Positions 42,701 to 53,189 of a stretch of 64,000 nt of DNA are shown here, in pieces. A program made the position numbers and the translations under genes. The notes below the pieces were generated by a model. It was not told the DNA's origin, did not search any database, and worked only from the letters and a program-made list of their open reading frames with translations. Every line of letters begins with the position of its first letter. The first letter of the stretch is position 1. The DNA is from a virus (Duplodnaviria; Caudoviricetes): the IMG/VR virus record IMGVR_UViG_3300013936_000011, positions 32,001 to 96,000 of that record; one strand, 5' to 3'.

Positions 42701-44883
42701 TGAAGTTAAGCAATTATATGGAAATAGCTGACATGTATAGTTTAAGTGATAACTCTGTTTTATATACTCAACAATATGTTATAATTCCTCCAGATAATGC
42801 AGAGATAATATATAAGACATATGATGGAACAGATGAGACTTCAGATTTAATTATAGACGAAACTGTTGACGTAGATAATTATTTTGTAAAGCTTAAATAT
42901 GCAAATATAGATAGAATAGTACAGTTAAATGAATATTACAATTATACTGATTATGACCCATATGAAGATTATAAAGTTCTACACGATCAAGGAATTATAG
43001 TATGGCCTGCTTACGAAAGAGATAAAGATAAGAAGATAACTGTTCATATAAGATATACAATTAAGAAACCTATTGCTTTAGTATATACAGAAGATGCTTT
43101 ATATGAAGCTGTATCTTACGTTGTAGATGCTTATAAAGAATTGTCAACTTATACTATATTCAATATAGAAAATGGAGATAAATACGATTTACGTAACTTA
43201 GAAGATTTTAAAGATTGTGATTTGGTATACGTTAACTGCAGCGAACCATCATTTGAATCTATGATGGTAGATACATATCTTAAATTTAATAAGTTTGCTG
43301 AAGAGAATACAGTCCTAGTTAAGACGGGATACTATTACATAAATGGAAAAGAATATTACTTATTTAGCAATGACGGTACTCTTGATATAGATACTTATAC
43401 AGGACTTAACTCTGTTAATGCTAAATTAAGAAATGGCGAAATAGAAACTTATAAAGCTACTGATAATTATGTACGTAATTCTGCCATGAATCTACGAGGC
43501 ATGAATAATTTATATGGATTTAACTACAATAAAGAAACTATATATGGAATATCTAACTTTGGCAAATATACTGCATGTAATAGCTTTAATGAATGGAATA
43601 CATTCGGTGTAAGATTAAGCTTAGTATCTAATTTAGAAAACTATGAATTAAATGATGTGGCTTTAGAATTTAACTTTGAAGAAGATTGGGGCTATGCATA
43701 TATAGATATAACAGATTATTTATATGATGATATATCTTACATAGGATACATGGCTTATGGTTTAGATGTATATATCGGAGTAGAAAGACCATATAAAGAC
43801 GTTAGATTTAGTCGTGCATTAAATATAGAAATCGGCGATCCTATTAAGAGTGCTAGTTATATATACGCTAGTGAACTACAAAGAGAAGATAAATGCAGAT
43901 ATTATTTAGTTGTCAAAAACAATGTACATAGTACATATGATCACAAACTTCTAGACGATATCATAATAACTGATGATAAAGATAAACTTTATTCTTCTAC
44001 TGTACATATGAAGAACTTAGACATATTAGGATTAAATATTGAAAACCAAAAGACAGAAACTACATGCTACAGAATGGCTATCAAGTCTAATAAATACTGT
44101 GATTGTAAAGGTGCTAGTTTATGTTCAGATGGTTGCATAAAAACTACTTCTAATATAGATTGGGGATTAACAATATTAGCTAAATACGAAACAAAAGAAG
44201 AGTTCACTACTTGTGAATTAGACAACTTAATATTAACTAATAACTATGTACAAGCTTCTCATACTGGTTACGGATATTTAACTACACAACCTATCTATAT
44301 AGAAAATCCTAATACTATAAAACGTCTATTCTATAAACTTAATAATATCAATACTGAAGAAATGTCAGGACTAAAATTTGCTATATATACTTCTAACACA
44401 AAAGATGGAGTATACAGTCCTAATAAATATGAAAATTCTAATTACGGATGTATTGATAATAAGGATATAGAAATGTATATAAAAGTTAAAATTGCAATAC
44501 CTGCAGGTAAGATATTAGACAATTTAATATTATTTGCAGAGTATCGTTCTGATAAAGAAAACTTATTAATGGCTCCTACTTGTGAAAGAGGTAATTTTAT
44601 ATCATACGTTTTTGATGCTCAAGAGAATCTAAGTTATAAAGTTAAATCTATAAGTTTAAAAGCTATAAGTAATATAAATGATGTAAATCTTTATGTAAGA
44701 GCGTCTTCTGATAAATATAGTGCTGATGTTTGGGGTGATTGGAAACTGCTTAAATTTAATGCTGATGGCAAACTAATTAATACAGTTAAATGGAATTCAG
44801 CTAGATTCTTCCAAATTAAAATAGCAATTAATAACAGAAACGGATATATAGATTTAGATTATATAGATTTAGAGGTGATATAA
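39757..44883 (+). CDS. Large baseplate wedge/structural protein
   Basis: 1708 aa; IGMERHEGESNEDLYKRM...NASESGLKNAI wedge-type motif; tandem C-terminal beta-sandwiches (GYLTTQPI..., GNFISYVFD...WGDW...ARFFQIKI). Confidence 0.65.
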   Translation: MFDYEKMIKRAINFFPTWSDIRKRHSKSTGGKLLSTVTEQSLDIEKAIQEYIDSYFLDRIEGHNIVAFSYMATIGIMQDTDNVKVVYNNTNYKLTLDVDEFLNATDNYLSYYENGKIYIREEVYNGNNTITIYVDNDCLDYELTRIHVWNIYDEFACFIGMERHEGESNEDLYKRMIYFNENKPNASESGLKNAIMSELLIDCPDLKREDIKIEPVDAVNLRKAYKGYSELLDLLNEMNRDVYRWKRWDLDEWQYDFKSIEYLPYKWDEALTKWQNGIGYGDDLKVILSNNVNKTNADITLYSKDKETLNAYIRNKEIYKNVKLTFQKYNQKLNSVNVKYRLKAAPMKIIDPGAINLSIYSSNEVTETLKLQDVYKFGTDITRTDGSKITDAYRYRLQFVPKNNNYNIEIYRATVAYRHKTTKAILKTESLLKNANGFVLNSSGTLASTSISKTINNINNMVTSNYLTNVDKGGFTIRNGYTNGSGTININGYGNQTITFTSNCEMSDLAHSDIVTKGCLWRDNDLILRTDYDGYKEITIDIEANKFSFTLNTDTTLDFYMFDYEDNKYIPHSISGAGSVFETEETLTPRKIKMFLKLKNMIEVSLGNFKYNNYTIKLSAANGALVAVENNDRTFILPDYIQNKLFIEMKTESSHAPVINSIAIGSDVLNNYYTTDVITYLNNYDRILDIDCNCDCTLIKYDANDIEIERIDNYVSSSYYKATSNDSYIRLNLDDWDEVYSVISETGSIDLIEESGQYFYNLLLSNGEIATAVTINGIKHVDPVVVSLHDILKSQFEGYDITKNRVYCSKLADGLIISTGNTTSDFEIFKINSDYFKRKNAVKYVFEDIPSDINVIWGTDDILVDGFSNTHDFDYISFYPVNSVISTAINEYNLFLNEMKEIPVVNNFSPLIDTTSLNFYTVEPYVGSDPIDIRFYPFDKQREFDELKNWSVGIKELYIKYDADLFNIEAYEIQETVIINRMKLSNYMEIADMYSLSDNSVLYTQQYVIIPPDNAEIIYKTYDGTDETSDLIIDETVDVDNYFVKLKYANIDRIVQLNEYYNYTDYDPYEDYKVLHDQGIIVWPAYERDKDKKITVHIRYTIKKPIALVYTEDALYEAVSYVVDAYKELSTYTIFNIENGDKYDLRNLEDFKDCDLVYVNCSEPSFESMMVDTYLKFNKFAEENTVLVKTGYYYINGKEYYLFSNDGTLDIDTYTGLNSVNAKLRNGEIETYKATDNYVRNSAMNLRGMNNLYGFNYNKETIYGISNFGKYTACNSFNEWNTFGVRLSLVSNLENYELNDVALEFNFEEDWGYAYIDITDYLYDDISYIGYMAYGLDVYIGVERPYKDVRFSRALNIEIGDPIKSASYIYASELQREDKCRYYLVVKNNVHSTYDHKLLDDIIITDDKDKLYSSTVHMKNLDILGLNIENQKTETTCYRMAIKSNKYCDCKGASLCSDGCIKTTSNIDWGLTILAKYETKEEFTTCELDNLILTNNYVQASHTGYGYLTTQPIYIENPNTIKRLFYKLNNINTEEMSGLKFAIYTSNTKDGVYSPNKYENSNYGCIDNKDIEMYIKVKIAIPAGKILDNLILFAEYRSDKENLLMAPTCERGNFISYVFDAQENLSYKVKSISLKAISNINDVNLYVRASSDKYSADVWGDWKLLKFNADGKLINTVKWNSARFFQIKIAINNRNGYIDLDYIDLEVI

Positions 44884-44884
44884 A

Positions 44885-46720
44885 GTGATAAAACCTACGG
44901 CTAGAGTAGAAATAGATAATGGTATCAAGTTTTATGAACAGGATGTCTTATTTGATGACTATACATATAAAGGAGATACAGATATAACAGTTACTGTCGA
45001 CTATGCTAATCCAGGCTTTGGTATAGCACTGCTCGACAGTGCTGGTACTTATTTAGCACAAAAAAGAGAATTGCTAATGTTCAAGCTTGGAGTAAAGTTT
45101 GTAGACGTATACTATCGTAATCTTGATGATCTTGACAGTATAAATAATCCTATACAAGGAAGTTTGAATGCTGCATATGCTAAATGTTATACAGAGAATT
45201 TAGAGTTTAAAATCTCTAAGCGTGATAACCAATACACTATTTATGTTGGCGGGCAAAAAATAGCTATATATAATTCTCAATGCGATTTAGATAGTTTTAA
45301 TGTAGCATATTATTCTGTTAAAGATAATGTTATTAAAGACATAGCTATTGCTTCTTCTGTTCCTTATGACTGGAATGTTAATATGACTAATACTCATGGC
45401 GGATACATAGAATTTAATGAAGATGGATTCGAACTTAAGGGATGTAAATACAATGCCGAAGTAGAACAATTAAATATAGAATTAGAAAAAGGTACATATT
45501 ATTTGAAATATAATAAGTCTGATTTATGTGATATTAAGCCTTATGTTATGTATTCAAATGACGAAAGAATTGTCGACGATGAAAAGAATATATTGAACTC
45601 CAATAGGACATTTACATTACCAATGGATTCTAAAGTGTCATTGAAATTTGTTGGAACCAATGGTTCTATAAATGATATAGCAATTACAACTGCAAAGAAT
45701 AATAGTTACATTCAAACAACTCCCGAGACAGGTGATTTTGTAAAGATAGAACGTAGCTATTTAGAATTTGATTTAAAAGAATTAGCTAAGATTGAATTTG
45801 ACGCTATCGTTTATTTCGTTCCAGGAGATACGGATTTTAGCCCAACTGAATATGCAATAGTCAATATATTAAACAGACATTATGGATTAAATGATTTAGG
45901 ATTATCCGTCGGTATTAAATATCATTTTGTTTATGAAAATGGACAATTAATAAGTAGTAATGAAGTTAACGCTAATAAGTTTACTCTTCCTATTGATAGT
46001 CTTAAATTTATTATGTTTGATAATGTAAATGCAATAATAACTAATTTAATACTTACTGATAAAGATGGAAGTCAAACTAATGTAGGCGTTCAATTTACAA
46101 CTACTAAATCAGTTCCAGGACTTATCAAATCTCCTATTGTAGTACTTAATAAGCATAATGATCCTTTAGACTTAAGTGCATCTTTTAGAATTGTAATGCA
46201 AAATGATTCTCCTTATTATATCTTTACTAATACAGAAAGAGAAATATTTAAAGCAGATAGCTTAATAAAGCTAAACTCTTTGCCTATAAATAATTCAGGA
46301 GCAATCATTATATATGGCATTCCTAAAGATGCTATGCTTGATATGGATAAGTTATATTATATACCAGAACGCGGTAAAGACAATATAGATTTATGTTGCA
46401 ATATATATGATGTAATGTACGAAGGTGATGAATATCAAGTATATATTGATTATACAACAGGATACGTTACTATACGTAATCCAGAAAAGTATAAATATTT
46501 TATTGTAGATTATGTGAAGCTAGATAGTTATTGCATTAATTACAATTATGAATATAACAGCTATCTTGTAGAAATAGCTACAGATGATAAAGAAGGTATT
46601 AACGTAATTTACGATAACACAGAAAAGAAAAATGGTTCTTATGAATATATCAATGAACAAAAATATTATGATACTAAATTAGTTCCATCAGAGAACTGTT
46701 ACATAGTAATAGGAAGATAG
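44885..46720 (+). CDS. Baseplate-associated structural protein (beta-rich)
   Basis: 611 aa, GTG start with GAGGTGA SD; synteny; lectin-like beta pattern at N-terminus. Confidence 0.5.
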   Translation: MIKPTARVEIDNGIKFYEQDVLFDDYTYKGDTDITVTVDYANPGFGIALLDSAGTYLAQKRELLMFKLGVKFVDVYYRNLDDLDSINNPIQGSLNAAYAKCYTENLEFKISKRDNQYTIYVGGQKIAIYNSQCDLDSFNVAYYSVKDNVIKDIAIASSVPYDWNVNMTNTHGGYIEFNEDGFELKGCKYNAEVEQLNIELEKGTYYLKYNKSDLCDIKPYVMYSNDERIVDDEKNILNSNRTFTLPMDSKVSLKFVGTNGSINDIAITTAKNNSYIQTTPETGDFVKIERSYLEFDLKELAKIEFDAIVYFVPGDTDFSPTEYAIVNILNRHYGLNDLGLSVGIKYHFVYENGQLISSNEVNANKFTLPIDSLKFIMFDNVNAIITNLILTDKDGSQTNVGVQFTTTKSVPGLIKSPIVVLNKHNDPLDLSASFRIVMQNDSPYYIFTNTEREIFKADSLIKLNSLPINNSGAIIIYGIPKDAMLDMDKLYYIPERGKDNIDLCCNIYDVMYEGDEYQVYIDYTTGYVTIRNPEKYKYFIVDYVKLDSYCINYNYEYNSYLVEIATDDKEGINVIYDNTEKKNGSYEYINEQKYYDTKLVPSENCYIVIGR

Positions 46721-46730
46721 GAGGTGCAAT

Positions 46731-48608
46731 ATGAAAATTTATCCGTCTAATCATAAAATAAAAACTATAACAACATCTCGTGTAGATACTGATTTAAATA
46801 TACCATTAGCATATATGGATATTGATTACAGTAAATACAATATAGATAAATTGCCTAGTGAGTATTTCAGTACAGATTCTATGACTCCATTAATACCTGG
46901 ACAAGAATTAGAGAATGGTAAAGTTAAGATATTTAATAGATACAAAGAAGAAGCTAATACTACAAATTTGATACAGTATACAAATCAAAAATGGTACTAT
47001 ATGCCAAATAATATTATTCAATATACTCCTAAGTTCTTCCTATGGAAAGCCATGGTAAAAAAGAGTATGAGCTATTGTATAGATACAGTTTATAATTTAA
47101 ATATTAATTGCTATAACGAATATATGTCTAATAGCTTATCTCCTGTATTTACTGGTGCTTCTGATAATGGATATGTTCCTAGTAATATTAAGATAAACGA
47201 TAACCAATTAACAGCAGATACATTCATGAATATGTCTTTAGAAAAAGCAGACTTCTGTTTTATAGCAACAGCCAATGCTGCATATTATGATGATGAATGC
47301 ACTCAACAAATAGATATAAATGAATATTTCGAAAAGGGATGTAATTTATGGATAGCATGTGAAGATGCTCGTTCTTTTAATGAGAACTATGAGATGTTAT
47401 CATCTATAGACAACGTAACTTATCATTTAGATTCTCCTATTATTAATTCTAATGCTTCTATAATGTGCGACACATATTTTAATCTTAATCGTATACATGA
47501 AGTAACTGGAATTAGTGTACATAATATATTTAATAAGGACGCTACATCTCCAATATTAATTCTAGAATATACAAACGGAGGCTTCGTAATTATATCTCAC
47601 ATAAGCTTATTTGATTCTAATCATCAATCAGCAGGATTCCCTATAATATTTGAAACATTAATGTACGTATATATGAATAGCTATAAATCAAGTGATTATA
47701 TAAAAGAATGGATTACATATAAAGTCCCTGATTATGAAGTAGTTGGCAATACATTGACTGTAAAGAATAACTTTACTTCTAATACAAATCTATCAACTTA
47801 CTTTGGAATTAATTCTAATGATATGTCTCTTGTCAATATAAGTATCATAGATGATCCTAATACTAGAACTGCGGTATCAGATACAGATTTGGATTATTCA
47901 ACTAACGCTATTAAATGTATAGGTCAGAATAATAATAGACTTATGTTTGAATTAGATCCTGACTTAAAAATAGATGGCTATACTGAACCTGATCGTCCTA
48001 ATGGCTGGAAATCTATATACTACAATGGACAGATATATTATTTGAGCGTACTTCATTATTTAATAGAAACTGATCTTACAAATAATATCTACATGATTGA
48101 AGAAAATGATAACTTGAAGATATTAATCTATGCATTTAAGAGTAGTTCTCTTGGTATAAATGTTGCTAAAAGTACAACTATTACAATACCTTATATAATA
48201 GCGAATATTGATTCTGGAGAGACAATAGTACAAAGAATAAGAGAAGCTAATTATTCTGTATATTATGATAAAACTGCTGACAGTATTTCTTATTGTTTCT
48301 CTGAAGATTATATAGAAAAAGATGAACAATACTTGCTATTTACAGTTTCTGTTAGTCAAACTTCGGATGCTATAACTATGTATGATATAAGACAGCTAGG
48401 CGGAGGATTGCCAGAAGGTGAGCCTGATAATTACAATCTATTCGACATAGGTCATATTAATGGACGACCATATAGACAAGCAGGAACACTTATAATTACA
48501 TTGCCTAGCAGATACAAAGAATATGAAGATAGAATCATGAATGTAGTTAAGAAATACATGGTAGCAGAAGACTATCCTGTTATATTTTTTGAAGATGAGG
48601 AGGTATAA
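46731..48608 (+). CDS. Baseplate-associated structural protein
   Basis: 625 aa; GGAGGT SD; conserved-looking C-terminus DIRQLGGGLP...DIGHINGRPY...LIITLP. Confidence 0.5.
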   Translation: MKIYPSNHKIKTITTSRVDTDLNIPLAYMDIDYSKYNIDKLPSEYFSTDSMTPLIPGQELENGKVKIFNRYKEEANTTNLIQYTNQKWYYMPNNIIQYTPKFFLWKAMVKKSMSYCIDTVYNLNINCYNEYMSNSLSPVFTGASDNGYVPSNIKINDNQLTADTFMNMSLEKADFCFIATANAAYYDDECTQQIDINEYFEKGCNLWIACEDARSFNENYEMLSSIDNVTYHLDSPIINSNASIMCDTYFNLNRIHEVTGISVHNIFNKDATSPILILEYTNGGFVIISHISLFDSNHQSAGFPIIFETLMYVYMNSYKSSDYIKEWITYKVPDYEVVGNTLTVKNNFTSNTNLSTYFGINSNDMSLVNISIIDDPNTRTAVSDTDLDYSTNAIKCIGQNNNRLMFELDPDLKIDGYTEPDRPNGWKSIYYNGQIYYLSVLHYLIETDLTNNIYMIEENDNLKILIYAFKSSSLGINVAKSTTITIPYIIANIDSGETIVQRIREANYSVYYDKTADSISYCFSEDYIEKDEQYLLFTVSVSQTSDAITMYDIRQLGGGLPEGEPDNYNLFDIGHINGRPYRQAGTLIITLPSRYKEYEDRIMNVVKKYMVAEDYPVIFFEDEEV

Positions 48609-48611
48609 TAA

Positions 48612-51236
48612 ATGGCCAAGAAATTAAATATTATAGATTTTGACTATGGAGTACGTAGCGAAGAAATACAGGAAAATTTTGAGATACTACAAGATGAAAT
48701 AAACAGGGAAAGAATAAGTATAGGAGGTCCTGGTATAGCTAATGGTTTAGACATAACTGTTACTGCTAACGAAAATGATTTCTATATTACAGTATCTTCT
48801 GGGACTATAATCACTAAAGACGGTGAGGAAATATTTATAGAAGAACAAACTATAGATATAGAAAGACCTATGCTTTCACAACAATGCGAATATCTTGTAG
48901 CAGATACAAAGAATCAAATAACATTAAATGAGGTTCCATATTCATTCTTCAGTAGATACGAACCTGTTGAGTTTAGTGATTCTTATTTGCCAACAGCTTC
49001 TGGTATAGATATAAACTACGTAAATAGCATAGCTACAGATGACGGTATAAGAGTTAAAGCTATTAAAGATAAGACATTGACTCTTACTGGTCTAATAAAA
49101 AGAAGTTTAAAAATAAAATACTACAGCACAGCTGATAGAATAGATACATTATATATAGACAATAACAATCAACTACAAGTCAAAGTTTCATCAATTACAT
49201 CTACAACACCTTCAGCTATCTTACCTGATAATTACAAATACTTAATAGCATATTTACTTATTACAAGTGATTATAAAGAAAATAGTGAAGATACTCCACA
49301 TGCTAATATATTAATCAAAAAGGATTTACGAGATAAAAGAAATCTTTATACTGACAGTAATGGTGTCTTATATATCTGTGGTATTCCATTTGACGATTTA
49401 GAATTTATAAATATGGAAGAACCAGAAGATCCACATGAAAATCAATTATGGTTAAATCTTAATAACAATACTTTATATGTATATAAGAAAGTAGATAGCT
49501 ATTTCTATAAAAAGACTATAGAAGTAACAACAGATTTTCAAGATGGACAAGACGAAGTGGATTATAAAACTAATATCGCATATAAAGTAGAACAAGGAGA
49601 ATTATCTGTATATGTAAATGGCGTGCGTCTTACTAAAGATATTGATTATGTAGAAATGTTTGGTGGCATTCCGTCTACTAATCAGACAATATTAAAAGAT
49701 TCTGAATCAGATATATTCAGAATCTATAAATCATTATACATAGGAGATAAAATAACATACTGCATAAATATTAAAGAAAGCGGTATGATGTGGGTTCCTG
49801 TAAATAAAGAGTCATATGTTAATACAAAAGAAATAAAATATTATGGTGTACATGATACATGGCCTGGAGGCAATTATTGGCAAACAAAACTTGCTAAAGA
49901 TCTTGGAGAAAATGAGAACTATCCATATAAATATCAATTCTTCTTCTTCGATGCAGAACAAGATAGACGTATGCTATTTACTCCTAATAGACATGAAGTA
50001 GATGTATATGTAAATCAATTCCCATTACACAGCGATCAATATATAGAATTAACTCTTGATAATGTATTTGATTATGCTCCACAATGCGTAATTGATTCAT
50101 TATTTAAAGATGAGAATTATCATTGGGCTAACTATAAGACTACCGCTCTTAATAAAGATGAAGATACTGGTCTTGGAATCATGTTAGTTGAGCCTCTTGA
50201 TGCAAGATACAGCGAAGGCTTAGAAGATGAATTAAGATATGATGAACTAGGTACTCCATTAATAGAAGAAGACTTATTCGTAGAAATAAGAGTTAATCGT
50301 TCAGTAGTAGACACTCCTAGTAAACGTAAGTTACAACGTATAGCAACTTATATCAATGAAGATGATATTGTAGTTGAAGATCCTAATATAAAGAATATAG
50401 ATATTAAAACAGGTTATTATAGATATGGCGAAAAGCAATTGGAAGTATATCTTAACGGCGTGCGTTTAACAGAAAACGTTGATTATATTGAAGGTACAGA
50501 TATAGGAACACCTGATGCAGATTTATTAAATAAGAATCTTGAATATCTAGATAGCTACGATACATCAGTAGCAATGAGAGATAAAGGTACTCCAAGCCGT
50601 AGATTTACAATACGTAGACTATTAAATACAGGCGATAACATAACTTATAGAATAACTAGTACTTACTACAGTTATGATCATATAAATAGTTTACTTGATT
50701 CTATAGATGTAGACTATGAAGAATTCAAAACTGCAATAGATAGTTTTGGTACAAAACTTGATGAGCTTGAAGCTAGCTTTGGTAGTTCAATAATGAATAT
50801 GCAAACTACTATAAATCAAATAGCTGGTAATCTATCACAAGATCAAGATACATACCTAACAGTAAACAGTGTAATAAAAGAATCACAAATCAATGCTGAA
50901 TTCTCAGCTAGAGTCCCACAAACACTTAATTTTATTAATGCTTCAATAAAGAGTGATGGAACAACTAAGTCTTATACAGTAGGTAGCTTAAATAATGATA
51001 CTTACAATATAAGAGAAAAGGACTATGTACAACTTATACATAGAATGAAAGAGGGTACAGAGTTCTTAAAAGATAGATTCTTAATTCGTGATGAAAACTA
51101 TACTCTAGAAGATGTCGTTGTAAATAATAGCTATTCTGTTACACAGCTTACGATATCAGATAATTACATTGGTAATATAAGTGACGGAGATGAACTTATA
51201 ATAACAGGAATAAGATTCGGAAGGGAAGGTAGATAG
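48612..51236 (+). CDS. Tail fibre attachment / baseplate protein with repeated VYxNG(V)...DY domains
   Basis: 874 aa; GIANGLDITV...ITVSSGTIITKDG N-terminus; repeats LSVYVNGVRLTKDIDYVE and LEVYLNGVRLTENVDYIE; coiled-coil near C-terminus. Confidence 0.6.
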   Translation: MAKKLNIIDFDYGVRSEEIQENFEILQDEINRERISIGGPGIANGLDITVTANENDFYITVSSGTIITKDGEEIFIEEQTIDIERPMLSQQCEYLVADTKNQITLNEVPYSFFSRYEPVEFSDSYLPTASGIDINYVNSIATDDGIRVKAIKDKTLTLTGLIKRSLKIKYYSTADRIDTLYIDNNNQLQVKVSSITSTTPSAILPDNYKYLIAYLLITSDYKENSEDTPHANILIKKDLRDKRNLYTDSNGVLYICGIPFDDLEFINMEEPEDPHENQLWLNLNNNTLYVYKKVDSYFYKKTIEVTTDFQDGQDEVDYKTNIAYKVEQGELSVYVNGVRLTKDIDYVEMFGGIPSTNQTILKDSESDIFRIYKSLYIGDKITYCINIKESGMMWVPVNKESYVNTKEIKYYGVHDTWPGGNYWQTKLAKDLGENENYPYKYQFFFFDAEQDRRMLFTPNRHEVDVYVNQFPLHSDQYIELTLDNVFDYAPQCVIDSLFKDENYHWANYKTTALNKDEDTGLGIMLVEPLDARYSEGLEDELRYDELGTPLIEEDLFVEIRVNRSVVDTPSKRKLQRIATYINEDDIVVEDPNIKNIDIKTGYYRYGEKQLEVYLNGVRLTENVDYIEGTDIGTPDADLLNKNLEYLDSYDTSVAMRDKGTPSRRFTIRRLLNTGDNITYRITSTYYSYDHINSLLDSIDVDYEEFKTAIDSFGTKLDELEASFGSSIMNMQTTINQIAGNLSQDQDTYLTVNSVIKESQINAEFSARVPQTLNFINASIKSDGTTKSYTVGSLNNDTYNIREKDYVQLIHRMKEGTEFLKDRFLIRDENYTLEDVVVNNSYSVTQLTISDNYIGNISDGDELIITGIRFGREGR

Positions 51237-51238
51237 TT

Positions 51239-51667
51239 ATGACAGTTAATATAACTTGGTTCATCAATGAAGATGATGCTTTTGAACCAATTAATACATA
51301 TACTGCAGACGGAGCATATACTCCAGGTGATTACTTAGAAAAGGTTATTAGAATTTATAACAATTACAACGGTGCTACTGATATAGATTCTGCAGTTAAC
51401 GCTAAATTAGTTGTAGCATTCAAATCATATGAAGACAATTTTTTATTAAATTTATTCCAAGTATCTATCGATGGTGTGAATTATTTTCCTCTTACAATCA
51501 ATATAGATAGAGGCGAATATGAATTAGGTACTTTAACTGGCTACGCTAATAATGGAGGCAGTGATTCTTATAACTGCAAGACTATTTATATTAAGATCGG
51601 CCCTATTCCTGACAATATAAAAAGTAGTCTCAAATCGGTAATATTTTATTTAGAATATGACAAATAA
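51239..51667 (+). CDS. Hypothetical virion protein
   Basis: 142-aa beta-rich ORF coupled to neighbours. Confidence 0.55.
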   Translation: MTVNITWFINEDDAFEPINTYTADGAYTPGDYLEKVIRIYNNYNGATDIDSAVNAKLVVAFKSYEDNFLLNLFQVSIDGVNYFPLTINIDRGEYELGTLTGYANNGGSDSYNCKTIYIKIGPIPDNIKSSLKSVIFYLEYDK

Positions 51668-51684
51668 GAAAGGAGACATATTAC

Positions 51685-53079
51685 ATGCTAACAAAAACTC
51701 AAACCCTTGCCGCTATTCAAAAATCATTAATCAAATACAATGACTTAGTGGCTAATCAAATTGATTCCAAAATAAGCGCTCATAATACTTTAGCTTCTGC
51801 TACTGCAAACGGACATATGTCATCAGGTATGGTGACTAAGTTAAACAGTATAGCAGACGGAGCTGAAGTAAACCAAAACGCTATATCAAAAATTAAAATA
51901 GGCGATGATACTGTAACTGCTGCTGGTAAAGAATCTACTGCTACTTTTAAAGGTAGTAACGGTATATCTGTATCATTTGATAAAGATAATGCTATAGAAA
52001 TATCTGGAGCAGATGCTGTTGGTGCTGCTAATAAAGTTTCGTCAGATTTATCGTCTTACAAAACTACTGTTGCAAACACTTACATGCCTAAGTCAGGTGG
52101 CACTTTTACTGGTATTATCACATTATCTGGCGCTCCTACATCTAACTTACATGCTGCTACTAAAAAGTATGTAGACGATAAAGTTACTGGATTAAGTATA
52201 GGAGATTACATGCCTAAATCAGGTGGAACATTCACAGGAACTGTTACACTATCTGGAGCTCCTACTACAGATTTACAAGCAGCAACTAAGAAATATGTAG
52301 ACGATGCTGCTGCTGCAGCTGCTGCTAAAGTTGTTGATTCGGCTCCTGATACATTAAATACTTTAAACCTATTAGCTGAAGCTTTAGGCGATGACCCTAA
52401 ATTTGCTACTACAATAGCTACTCAAATAGGTACTAAAGTAGATAAAGTAGACGGTAAAGGATTATCAACTAATGACTATACTACAGATGAAAAGAATAAA
52501 TTAAAAGGTATAGCATCTGGTGCAGAAGTCAATCAAAATGCATTTGCTACTATAGCTGTTAAAGTAGGAACAACTACTACTAATGTAGAAGCTGACGCTA
52601 AACAAGATGTATTAACATTAACACAAGGAGATAACGTAACATTAACTCCTAATGCTACTAATGATACAATAACTATATCTGCAAAAGATACTACATATCC
52701 TGAAGCAACTACAAGCGCACACGGTTTAATGAGTACTGGTGATAAAGACAAATTAAATAAAATAGCTGCAGGTGCAGAAGTTAACCAAAACGCATTTTCA
52801 ACTGTTAAGGTAGGAAATACTAGCATAGCTTCTGGTGGTAAAACAGCTACATTAACATTGGCAGCTGGTTCTAATGTTACTTTGACTCCAGATGCAACTG
52901 GTAAAAAAGTAACAATAGCTGCTACAGACACTACTTATCCTGAAGCCTCACAATCAGCTCATGGTCTAATGAGTGCAAGTGATAAAACTAAATTAGACAG
53001 TATAGTAGCTGAAGCAGATGTTTCTGATGAAGAAATAACTTCTATGATAGCTAATGTTCAAACTGCTATAAATGCATAA
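51685..53079 (+). CDS. Fibre protein 1 (repeat-rich)
   Basis: APDTLNTL..LAEALGDDPKFATT, KVDGKGLSTNDYT, AATKKYVD, GAEVNQNA and HGLMS..DK.KL fibre repeats; GAAAGGAG SD. Confidence 0.8.
   Translation: MLTKTQTLAAIQKSLIKYNDLVANQIDSKISAHNTLASATANGHMSSGMVTKLNSIADGAEVNQNAISKIKIGDDTVTAAGKESTATFKGSNGISVSFDKDNAIEISGADAVGAANKVSSDLSSYKTTVANTYMPKSGGTFTGIITLSGAPTSNLHAATKKYVDDKVTGLSIGDYMPKSGGTFTGTVTLSGAPTTDLQAATKKYVDDAAAAAAAKVVDSAPDTLNTLNLLAEALGDDPKFATTIATQIGTKVDKVDGKGLSTNDYTTDEKNKLKGIASGAEVNQNAFATIAVKVGTTTTNVEADAKQDVLTLTQGDNVTLTPNATNDTITISAKDTTYPEATTSAHGLMSTGDKDKLNKIAAGAEVNQNAFSTVKVGNTSIASGGKTATLTLAAGSNVTLTPDATGKKVTIAATDTTYPEASQSAHGLMSASDKTKLDSIVAEADVSDEEITSMIANVQTAINA
52081..52305 (+). repeat. Degenerate 99-bp coding direct repeat (YMPKSGGTFTG..TLSGAPT..L.AATKKYVDD x2)
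   Basis: Copies at 52081-52179 and 52207-52305, period 126 nt. Confidence 0.85.
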
Positions 53080-53098
53080 TAGAAAATAGAATAAATAG

Positions 53099-53141
53099 AA
53101 TATAGGCACAAAAATTTTTATATTCTTGTGCCTATATTTTT
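53099..53141 (+). terminator. Intrinsic terminator between fibre genes
   Basis: 13-bp stem AATATAGGCACAA / TTGTGCCTATATT followed by TTT. Confidence 0.75.
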
Positions 53142-53189
53142 AATAAAAATAATATATTAATTATTATAATGAAAGGAGATAACGATTGA

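Noticed and set aside
13167-44883. Inteins or introns explaining the giant ORF sizes
   Set aside because: No intein splice-junction or homing endonuclease motifs and no frame interruptions recognised by eye.
53080-53102. Short AATAGAA-like tandem repeat before the terminator
   Set aside because: Three imperfect AT-rich units only; not a CRISPR array or a credible operator.
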